The notes below the pieces were generated by a model that saw only the letters and a list, made by a program, of their open reading frames with translations, was not told the DNA's origin and searched no databases. A stretch of 64,000 bases of DNA from Nitrospirota bacterium (GTDB lineage: Bacteria; Nitrospirota; UBA9217): the NCBI GenBank assembly GCA_043731355.1, contig JAYTJE010000079.1, positions 9,483 through 73,482 of the forward strand. Reading direction: 5' to 3'. Position numbers and translations under genes: made by a program. Position 1 is the stretch's first letter, and each line of letters starts with the position of its first letter. This document shows positions 20,283 through 28,303 of this stretch, in pieces.

Positions 20283-20930
20283 ATGAGCAGCATCAACGAA
20301 TATTTTGAGCAGTGTGCCTTGAGCTCGCTTGAAAAGCAGGACAAATTCGAGCGTCTCGTGGGAGAACATTTTGCGGAATTTGATCTCGATGAAGGCGTCC
20401 TCAGGATTAACAATGATCTCGCCCTTCCGTTCCAGGTGCTCGGCGCCCAGTCGGACAATACGCTTACGTGGCTGTGGGCATGGTCCGAGGAGCATGAGGA
20501 AGTTAAACCGGAACAGTGCACAGCGGCAATGACCCTGAAGGAATGGGGAGAGAAAAACGGCGTTGGGGCTTTCCGCATGCCCGCGGTTGATATCGTGCGC
20601 GCCGATGGCATGATGATCTCGCTGATCGCCGCCGAAGTATGCAAAGCGAGCTGCTACTACCGGGACGTCTACGAAGGAGGTGCGGCGTTCGTGCTGCTCT
20701 TCGGCGCCGCTATTGACCGCCAGCCTGCTTTCGAGCTGTCCGGATTCATGCGAGCGTTCAATGATCTTGTCTCACGCTATGACCTGGACCACCGGAACAC
20801 GGTGCTGTCCTATTTCCGGGCCAAGGGGCTTCCCTTTGTCGAGGATGGCGCCATCATCACCGGCAAGCTTGAATCGGGCGAAGAGCTCCGGATGGAATTC
20901 GATCGCAACGGCGGCATTCTGGCGAAGTAA
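20283..20930 (+). CDS. Hypothetical protein
   Basis: 215-aa ORF 10 nt after dnaE, preceded by a GGGAGG ribosome-binding site. Confidence 0.5.
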   Translation: MSSINEYFEQCALSSLEKQDKFERLVGEHFAEFDLDEGVLRINNDLALPFQVLGAQSDNTLTWLWAWSEEHEEVKPEQCTAAMTLKEWGEKNGVGAFRMPAVDIVRADGMMISLIAAEVCKASCYYRDVYEGGAAFVLLFGAAIDRQPAFELSGFMRAFNDLVSRYDLDHRNTVLSYFRAKGLPFVEDGAIITGKLESGEELRMEFDRNGGILAK

Positions 20931-20972
20931 AGACGGGTTTTGCAATGGAGGAGTATCTCTGGTGCTCCGTCT

Positions 20973-22742
20973 TCAGGACGGGGCCTGGGTGGAACTCACT
21001 GTGCGAAGCTTGACAGGATCTCCCGTCTGCGGAAAGTATATTTCAAATGCCGTCCCCTCTCCCTCCCTGCTCCGGACCAGGATATCTCCTTTATGGCTTT
21101 TTACAATGCCATATACCATGGCAAGACCGAGGCCGGTCCCTTTCCCCTCCACTTTCGTGGTAAAGAATGGAACGAAGATCTTGTCCAGCGCCTCGGGGGG
21201 AATGCCGGTTCCCGTGTCTTTGACCGTCAGCACCACATAGTGTCCGGGGTTCGGGCAGGGACAGGCCGCGGTGGCTTCAGCCACTTTTTCCCTGAGGGCA
21301 GTGGTAATGGTAATGGTGCCGCCCTTAGGCATGGCATCCACCGCGTTCATCACGAGGTTCGCGATGACCTGTTCCAGATGGATGCAGTCTCCGTCGAGGG
21401 GCGGCAGGTCCGCGTCGAGCAGCACCTGTACGTTGCAATTCCGGTCGAGCAGCGCCGGGCCGAGCAGCTCAGCGGTGTCCATGACAACAGCGTTTAAATC
21501 CGTCGGGACCAGCATGAGGCTCTTCTTCCGGGCAAAGCTGAGCAGTTTTGACACCATCTGCCCCGCGCGCAAGGCAGCTTCCTCTATGGTCTTGATCCTG
21601 CGTTTCCCGAACTCGTCGGTGACCACATGCCGCCGCAGCACTTCCGTGTGGCCGAGAATGGCGGTAAGCACGTTATTGAAATCATGAGCGATGCCGCCTG
21701 CAAGCACGCCCAGTGACTCCATCTTCTGCGACTGCAGCACCTGCTCCTGCAATTTTATCTTCTCGGTAATGTCCCGGTAAAAGGATTGAATATGAGGAGT
21801 CCCGCCGATGCTGATCGCCCGCGAGCTGACCTCGAGCAGGATTTTGCTTCCATCCTTGCGGTAATGCTCCGCTTCGTAGACAAGGGATTCGTTATTCAGC
21901 ATCTTTCTGAAACGCTCATCGAGTTCACCACGGGCCTTCTCAAGCTCAATGAGCCGGATGCTGGTCCCGAGGACCGCGTCCTGCTGAAAGCCGTGGAGCT
22001 CGCAAAAACGAAGGTTCACATCGGTTATGTTCCCGTTCTGATCGAGCACGGCGATCCCATCGTTGGCATTATCGAAGAAGGCCCGGTATTTCTGCTCTGA
22101 TATTTCCAGTGCCCCCGTTTTTTCAGCGACCTGGTCCTTCAGGCCGCGGGAATACAACTCGAGGGTGCGTTTGTCGTCGGAGAGCTCCGCCCGGAGCTGC
22201 AGTTCCGTGCCGATCAATTGCTGATTGTAATATCTGAGGAGAAGGCCAATGGCAAAGGTGGAGATCAGAAACGCATTATTGCTCACGAACACCCCGCTGG
22301 TGATCTTTTCCGTGAGCATGATCGGCACGAGATAGATACCATAGATGATCCCAACGAGGACGAACGAGAGCGATACACTGAAGGGCACAAAACTGAGACA
22401 GCAGACCGCCAGGACGAGCATGGCGGCATAGTACGGTGAGCTCTGTCCGCCGCTCTGCAGGACAGCGAGTTCGACGGTAAAGGCGCACAAGGCCGTGCCG
22501 ATTATGGCGATGCTGTACTGGTAGGCCTTGTTCTGTTTCAGCCGGTTTAGATAGTAGAGAATGATCAGGACAGCTGATACAGCGAGCCGGTAGGTCATGA
22601 ATCGCTGGAAATTACCGATAGAGATGAAGTAGTCCATGAATTCCAGGACCGGAAAGAGAATGGCGCCTATGATGAGCACCGTGCCAATCCAGTCCTGCGT
22701 CAGTTTTAAGAGGTGCTTCTCCGGTGAAAAGCGCTCGTCCAT
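20973..22742 (-). CDS. Membrane-bound PAS sensor histidine kinase
   Basis: N-terminal polytopic domain, a PAS domain, H-box 'HDFNNVLTAILGHTEVL', and an HATPase 'DTGTGI' motif. Confidence 0.85.
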   Translation of the reverse strand: MDERFSPEKHLLKLTQDWIGTVLIIGAILFPVLEFMDYFISIGNFQRFMTYRLAVSAVLIILYYLNRLKQNKAYQYSIAIIGTALCAFTVELAVLQSGGQSSPYYAAMLVLAVCCLSFVPFSVSLSFVLVGIIYGIYLVPIMLTEKITSGVFVSNNAFLISTFAIGLLLRYYNQQLIGTELQLRAELSDDKRTLELYSRGLKDQVAEKTGALEISEQKYRAFFDNANDGIAVLDQNGNITDVNLRFCELHGFQQDAVLGTSIRLIELEKARGELDERFRKMLNNESLVYEAEHYRKDGSKILLEVSSRAISIGGTPHIQSFYRDITEKIKLQEQVLQSQKMESLGVLAGGIAHDFNNVLTAILGHTEVLRRHVVTDEFGKRRIKTIEEAALRAGQMVSKLLSFARKKSLMLVPTDLNAVVMDTAELLGPALLDRNCNVQVLLDADLPPLDGDCIHLEQVIANLVMNAVDAMPKGGTITITTALREKVAEATAACPCPNPGHYVVLTVKDTGTGIPPEALDKIFVPFFTTKVEGKGTGLGLAMVYGIVKSHKGDILVRSREGEGTAFEIYFPQTGDPVKLRTVSSTQAPS

Positions 22743-22838
22743 GGGAAAGAGTATATCACTGAATTAACGCCAATATATAAACAATTTTAACGCCTTTGAG
22801 CGCCCGGTCTCCGTTGCTCACCTGTCCTCCTTGACAAC

Positions 22839-23687
22839 ATGAGCTCTTCACGGTATTCTGCGATCATTCCATCTATGCTTATTGAGGAGTCACCCGATAT
22901 GCAGCTGCTTGCTACGCTTGAAAGAAAATTCCGCCGTTATGCAGTTCCGAACATGACTGTCTATCTCATCGCCGGCCAAGTCCTGTTTTTTATGTTCGCC
23001 GTGTCAGGCAGGTTCATCCTCGAGCGAGTTGTCCTTATCCCTGAACTGGTCATGGAGGGTGAATGGTGGCGGCTCATCACCTTTTTATTCATTCCTCCGG
23101 TGACGAATCCGATCTTCGCTTTTTTCGCCTGGTATTTGTTCTATCTCATGGGCGGCGCTCTGGAAGGTCATTGGGGCGCTTTCCGGTACAATCTTTTTCT
23201 GCTGGTCGGGTATGTCGTGACCGTTGCCGCATCGTTTCTCATGCCGATGTTCCCGGCAACAAACGTATTCATCGGCGGTTCCGTGTTCCTTGCATTCGCA
23301 TTTCTCTATCCCGACTTTGTTTTATATATTTTATTAATTCTCCCGGTAAAGATCAAATGGCTGGCGCTGCTGACCTGGATCGGCTATGCCTATCAAATTC
23401 TGTTCGGGAGCTGGTCAACACGGCTGTTCGTGCTTGCTTCGATCAGCAACTTTCTTCTGTTCTTCGGCAAGGACATTTACTGGAGGATGAAAACGGGGAA
23501 AAAGATCATGGCCTCGCAGGTCAAGGCATATTCCGGTAAAAAAGAAGCCTTTCATACCTGCGCGGTCTGCGGCATCACCGATCTTTCCCATCCGGCCATG
23601 GAGTTCCGCTATTGCTCCGAGTGCGGCGGACAGGGATACTGCACGGACCATATCTTCCATCACGAACACGTGAACAAAAAACAATAG
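22839..23687 (+). CDS. Rhomboid-like polytopic membrane protein with a C-terminal zinc ribbon
   Basis: Six or seven TM helices and 'EGEWWRLITFLF...GGALEGHWG'. The C-terminus has 'CAVCG...CSECG'. The rhomboid catalytic Ser/His pair is not clear. Confidence 0.45.
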   Translation: MSSSRYSAIIPSMLIEESPDMQLLATLERKFRRYAVPNMTVYLIAGQVLFFMFAVSGRFILERVVLIPELVMEGEWWRLITFLFIPPVTNPIFAFFAWYLFYLMGGALEGHWGAFRYNLFLLVGYVVTVAASFLMPMFPATNVFIGGSVFLAFAFLYPDFVLYILLILPVKIKWLALLTWIGYAYQILFGSWSTRLFVLASISNFLLFFGKDIYWRMKTGKKIMASQVKAYSGKKEAFHTCAVCGITDLSHPAMEFRYCSECGGQGYCTDHIFHHEHVNKKQ

Positions 23688-23743
23688 CGCGGGAGTCTCC
23701 TCCAGCGCCAGAATATGAAAAACCGTATGCAAGCAGCCCGTTG

Positions 23744-24196
23744 CTACTGCACGGTAAATGAGGCTGTTTTGAGCAGCGCACCCTTGCCGTCCAGCACATC
23801 AACCTTCCATTCGCCCTTCATGCCGAAGATGGTTTTATTTGCCCAGGTCCTGAACAGGGGGAACCGCCTTACCGGCAACGTCACCCTTTCCATCTCCATT
23901 TGACCGAGCGTCCATACGACGACCACGGAAGTTTCCTGCGCTGCTCCGCCGAACTCCAGAAAGCAGTAAACCTTTTCCTGACTTTGCGGGAAATGGTCCG
24001 CAACGCCCATTGGTTGGCGGTTGTTCACGGTTGAGCAGATTTCCATACGGGTAAGCGTAAGAACGGGCGCGGTGACAGAGGCTGCTATGGCGTGTGTTGA
24101 AGGAACGACCGTGGCGGTTGGCGTGGTTTGCTGCGCTGAAGCGACTCCTGAAACAACCAGAAACCCCGTGCATAATAAAAATGCAACTCTTCGCAT
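23744..24196 (-). CDS. Secreted DUF2914-like protein
   Basis: Signal peptide followed by a conserved 'VYCFLEF' beta-rich domain. Confidence 0.5.
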   Translation of the reverse strand: MRRVAFLLCTGFLVVSGVASAQQTTPTATVVPSTHAIAASVTAPVLTLTRMEICSTVNNRQPMGVADHFPQSQEKVYCFLEFGGAAQETSVVVVWTLGQMEMERVTLPVRRFPLFRTWANKTIFGMKGEWKVDVLDGKGALLKTASFTVQ

Positions 24197-24330
24197 ATCG
24201 CACCCCCTCAATGCTGAAATGGCAATGCCTGGTCAGTCTGAGTCTGAAAATCGGGAGGAATTCTCCGAGTATGAATCAGGGAAAAAAGTAAAACAGTCTG
24301 AAAGCTCTCTCAGGAAATACCTGGAGTCGA

Positions 24331-25737
24331 TCAGGCTGAATTCTTCACCGGGATTTTGAGCCGCTGTCCGATCCTGAGCAGTTTTCCGCGCCGCAGGTTG
24401 TTCGCTTCCATGATGCGTTCCGTGCTTGTGCGGTAACGGAGCGCCAGAAGCGACAGGGTCTCACCGCGTCTCACGCGATGCACGACATATTCTATCCGCG
24501 GCGGTGACCATTTAGGCATTTTGTCGAGGCTGGCGAGCAGCGCTTCGCCTTTGCCGGGAGGAACGCGCAGCGCATAACTCGTATTCGGTGTCGCATCGCG
24601 CCGCAGTTCCGGGTTCAGTGCGGCGAGATCGCCGGGCTCAATGGCGAGTTTCGCGGCCATGGCGCTTAAGTGGACCGGCCGTTCGATCGTCACTGTTTCG
24701 TAAGGCAGCGGCTGGTCAAGTTCTGTCAGCGAAAAGCCATACTGCGCCGGGTCGTTGATGATGGTCAGCACTGCAAGGAAACGGGGGAAATAGCGGGCCG
24801 TCTCGCGCGGCAGCCGCTCATAGAAGTCCCAGAAATTATCGAGATAATTGACCTTCTGGTTCCGGATAACCCGTGCCACTGATCCTTCCCCGCAATTATA
24901 CGCGGCGAGAACGGTGGCCCAGTCTCCGAACATCTGATGAAGCTCTTTGAAGTAAGCGATGGCCGCTGCCGTGGATTTATCCGGATCGAGCCGTTCGTCG
25001 ATCCATGCATTCCTTTTCAGGCCGAACTTGTATCCGGTGGAAGGGATGAACTGCCAGAGGCCGAAAGCGCGGGAACGGGACAAAGCCCTGAGCTTGAACC
25101 CGCTTTCGATGAGCGGCAGCCAGGACAGCTCTTCGGGCATACCAGCTGCCCGCAAGGCCTGTGCCATTTCGTTGCGATATCTGCCGGAGCGCTTATAGGA
25201 TTCAAGAAAGTACTCACGTTCCACGGTCTGGAAAGACTGGATCTCGCGCTTTACATGATCGTTCATCACCATGGGGATGGCATTATAGCTCCCCTTGACC
25301 GAGGTCTGCCGGGAAGCATACATTTCCATGATCCTTTTGGAGATCATGAACCGGAGGTCTTCTTTTTGCTGGGTGACCTTCTGATTGTTGGGGACCTTTA
25401 AAATGAGCGCATAGGCCTGATCAAGGGATTCGATCGCCTGGTCCATATCGTCGTCTTCCCAGTACTCCTGGGCGGTTTCGGTGAGTTCCAGCGCCGTATC
25501 AAGGAGGCACTGGTCGTCATCCGGCGCAACCGCAACTTTATCTTCAGGCGCAGCCGGCAATGCCTCTGTATGGGCGATATCGATTTTAGCCTCTGCCGAC
25601 TGATGACCGTCCTGTTCCAGGGCGACCAGTGCCGGCGGGCTATCCAAGGCCGCGGTGCCGGGCGACTTTTGGGCTGCGCAGCCGAAGATGCTTATGCAAA
25701 GAGATAGTATTAAGATACGGCGAAAGAGTATATTCAT
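24331..25737 (-). CDS. mltD: Membrane-bound lytic murein transglycosylase D-like (SLT domain plus LysM)
   Basis: Lipoprotein signal, SLT 'GLWQFIPSTG', and C-terminal LysM domains. Confidence 0.8.
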   Translation of the reverse strand: MNILFRRILILSLCISIFGCAAQKSPGTAALDSPPALVALEQDGHQSAEAKIDIAHTEALPAAPEDKVAVAPDDDQCLLDTALELTETAQEYWEDDDMDQAIESLDQAYALILKVPNNQKVTQQKEDLRFMISKRIMEMYASRQTSVKGSYNAIPMVMNDHVKREIQSFQTVEREYFLESYKRSGRYRNEMAQALRAAGMPEELSWLPLIESGFKLRALSRSRAFGLWQFIPSTGYKFGLKRNAWIDERLDPDKSTAAAIAYFKELHQMFGDWATVLAAYNCGEGSVARVIRNQKVNYLDNFWDFYERLPRETARYFPRFLAVLTIINDPAQYGFSLTELDQPLPYETVTIERPVHLSAMAAKLAIEPGDLAALNPELRRDATPNTSYALRVPPGKGEALLASLDKMPKWSPPRIEYVVHRVRRGETLSLLALRYRTSTERIMEANNLRRGKLLRIGQRLKIPVKNSA

Positions 25738-25881
25738 TAGTTAGCGATAGTAAACCATGATGATCGAAAATGCAACCAGTATTTGATCGGGCCTTGATAA
25801 AATACGGGTATTGTCGTATAAAGAATGTAACTGCCAGGGGCGGGAGTATGATCTTATCAAAAAAATGTCAGGGTGGTTGCG

Positions 25882-26496
25882 ATGAAAAGAATTGACTTTC
25901 GTGATCGGTCAGCCGGGTTCATGTTGGTTGTTCTGATAGGCGCAGCTTTCGCGGCCTGTCATGCGCCACTATCCGCCCGCTCCCCCGCTCTTTCCCCCGG
26001 TGACAGCCGGTCGAGGCCGGAGATACGTGCAGTAGAGCTTGAAAAGCGCATTCATTTCCTGATCAATGGAGAACGGAAAAAGCATGGCCTTTCTTCGCTT
26101 GCATGGAATGATACGCTCAGCAGTATTGCGCGTACACACAGCAGTGACATGGCCAAGCGTGCGTATTTCAGCCATGTTTCTCCTGACGGACATGATTTTT
26201 CATATCGGTACAAACAGGATGGATATCAGTGTGAAGTTCGCGGCCCGGGGAATGTTTACTATACCGGCGGGGAAAATATCTTTCAAAATAATCTTTATAA
26301 CCGGGTCATGATCAGCAACGGCGTCAGGCAGTATGACTGGAACTCTGTCGACCGGATCGCCGAGTCGACCGTTGACGGATGGATGAAAAGCCCGGGTCAC
26401 CGGAAAAATATCCTGATGCCCTACTGGGTCAGCGAAGGAATTGGTGTTTCGGTCTCACCTGATGATAAAGTGTATATCACGCAGAATTTCTGCTGA
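25882..26496 (+). CDS. CAP/SCP (YkwD-like) domain secreted protein
   Basis: 'HSSDMAKRAYFSHVSPDG' and 'GGENIF'. The track ORF begins at an upstream GTG at 25873. Confidence 0.7.
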   Translation: MKRIDFRDRSAGFMLVVLIGAAFAACHAPLSARSPALSPGDSRSRPEIRAVELEKRIHFLINGERKKHGLSSLAWNDTLSSIARTHSSDMAKRAYFSHVSPDGHDFSYRYKQDGYQCEVRGPGNVYYTGGENIFQNNLYNRVMISNGVRQYDWNSVDRIAESTVDGWMKSPGHRKNILMPYWVSEGIGVSVSPDDKVYITQNFC

Positions 26497-26561
26497 TACC
26501 CATCAGCAATATTTCGTAAGAAACTTTTCTTCTGCATAGATACTTCTGTCCAAGAATGTAC

Positions 26562-26945
26562 TTATTCCGGAGATTTCGATTGATTACCTTCCTGGAGCAC
26601 TTTGCTCATGACATCTTTTAGCAACCGTTGCAGCTCATTGAACGATATGTCTTCACGTTCCGTTTTCGGATAGAGCGTGAGCATATGCAGCGCTGCCGGT
26701 TTATTCTCGTCAAAGTAAAAGATCAGCCGAAACCCGCCGCTCTTGCCGCGCTGCTGATCAGAGCTTTTCATCCTGACCTTCCATAGCCTGCGCTCAAAGC
26801 CTGGGATAGCAAATGCCTGCACCAAGGGCGCGGCCAGAAACTCCTTGTAGAAACTCTGCAGATCATTTTCGATGTGGCGATATTTGCGGCTGAGACGCTT
26901 GACTTCGTCCTGGAATCACGGACGCTCAACAAGGGCGGGAATCAT
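26562..26945 (-). pseudogene. RelE/ParE-family toxin gene interrupted by an in-frame TGA at codon 10 (26916-26918)
   Basis: The ATG at 26945 overlaps the stop of the upstream ORF (ATGA). Reading through the TGA gives 'FQDEVKRLSRKY...GFERRLWKVRMKSS...GFRLIFYF'. No ATG, GTG or TTG occurs after the TGA until the TTG at 26825. Confidence 0.5.
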
Positions 26946-27373
26946 TTAGCGGCGAACTCGATCTTTTCTACTTCTCCTGCAAGAAATGCCTCGTTTTTGA
27001 GCGCGAATGAAATGGAGTCGAGCTGCTCATCCAGCTCGTCTATGATCGTGTCGATTTTCCCCTTGAAAAGACTGACCGGACGGTAGCCCTTCATGGCGTA
27101 ATAATACAGGGAAAAGATGTCCCGCAGCATGGAGATGGACTTTCTGTCCTTCAGATACGGGAGCGCGGGCAGGATAACGCTCAGGTGCTTCTTGAATATG
27201 AACGGCACGAACTGAGCAAGGATCGCGTAGGCAACAAAAAAGAACGGGGCCGCAAGCAGCCAGGCGACACCCTTTCCAACGGTCTTCGCCGACTGGATCA
27301 TGGCAAAGCTCATGTCCTGCTGTGCCAAGCCCATAAATTGATTGAATGTTGCATTTGCGTTCATCGTGGTCAT
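26942..27373 (-). CDS. Hypothetical membrane protein, translationally coupled to the toxin gene (possible antitoxin-like C-terminus)
   Basis: Two TM helices and an acidic helical C-terminus 'IDELDEQLDSISFALKNEAFLAGE'. Confidence 0.4.
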   Translation of the reverse strand: MTTMNANATFNQFMGLAQQDMSFAMIQSAKTVGKGVAWLLAAPFFFVAYAILAQFVPFIFKKHLSVILPALPYLKDRKSISMLRDIFSLYYYAMKGYRPVSLFKGKIDTIIDELDEQLDSISFALKNEAFLAGEVEKIEFAAK

Positions 27374-27442
27374 GTATTTATCATAGTCAAACAGAGAGAA
27401 GATGTCAAGAAAATCAGTAGTAGTCTCGGAGGTACGCTCCAG

Positions 27443-28282
27443 TTATGCCTTATCAAAATACGCAACGATCGCTTTGCATTTGGGATAGGTTGAACAGCCC
27501 CAAAAAGGTTCATTCGTGTGCGCTCCCTTTTTTGCGACTCTCACAACCATAGGTGCCCCGCAGTCCGGGCACCTTTTACTTTTTTGATTGGAAGCGGGAG
27601 CGGCGCTTACTGCTGATCCGGCCATCTCAGAAGCAACCGGCACATCCACCGTTTTCAGATACTCCATCAACCTGCTGCCGTCAATCGCCTCAATCGCGTT
27701 TTCCTCGGCGAATTTTCTCGCATCAAGCGTAAACGTGCCCGTGGTAACGAAAAAGCTGGAATTGGTATTTGCCTGGGAAGAGATAGCGCCGTAAAAATCC
27801 CGCATCATCGAAAGCGTCACCTGATTCTCTCGATATTTTTTGCACTGCACGTAAGACGCTTTTCCATTCTTCCTGACGATCAAATCTATCCCGCCATCTC
27901 TTAAGCCGCCTGTGACTTCGACGGAGTAACGCTGCTTTTCAAAAAACGTCCCGACAAAATGCTCGAACTCTTTCCAAGACATTTGCTTTAATGACATCAG
28001 AGTTTTCTTGGATTCAAAGAATTCAAGCCGCTGTTTTTTACCGACCTTATTCTTGACGTAACCGATGGCGGAGAAAACGGCTGCAAATGCCGAAAGGCCG
28101 TAACAGAAATATGCGAACATCTTATTGAACCCACTGAACACGGCACCAGCCGGACCGCCTGGGCCATGAGAGAAGGTGAGATAAAACCCGGCACAAAGGA
28201 AAATGACGCTCGCAACAACACCGAGTACGGGATGTTTGAGACTGTTCTCTGCGATATCTTCTAACATGGTTTTCTTTGGCAT
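27443..28282 (-). CDS. Membrane-anchored Mrr-family (PD-(D/E)xK) restriction endonuclease domain protein with a C-terminal topoisomerase-type C4 zinc ribbon
   Basis: Two or three N-terminal TM helices. Mrr catalytic core 'DGGIDLIV...YVQCKKY'. Zinc ribbon 'CPDCGAPMVVRVAKKG...FWGCSTYPKCK'. Confidence 0.75.
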   Translation of the reverse strand: MPKKTMLEDIAENSLKHPVLGVVASVIFLCAGFYLTFSHGPGGPAGAVFSGFNKMFAYFCYGLSAFAAVFSAIGYVKNKVGKKQRLEFFESKKTLMSLKQMSWKEFEHFVGTFFEKQRYSVEVTGGLRDGGIDLIVRKNGKASYVQCKKYRENQVTLSMMRDFYGAISSQANTNSSFFVTTGTFTLDARKFAEENAIEAIDGSRLMEYLKTVDVPVASEMAGSAVSAAPASNQKSKRCPDCGAPMVVRVAKKGAHTNEPFWGCSTYPKCKAIVAYFDKA

Positions 28283-28303
28283 TTCAATCTTCCCTTCTGC
28301 AGA

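Noticed and set aside
26916-26918. Reading the TGA in the RelE-like gene as selenocysteine.
   Set aside because: There is no SECIS-like hairpin downstream, and a toxin has no reason to contain Sec. Pseudogenisation or a sequencing error is far more likely.
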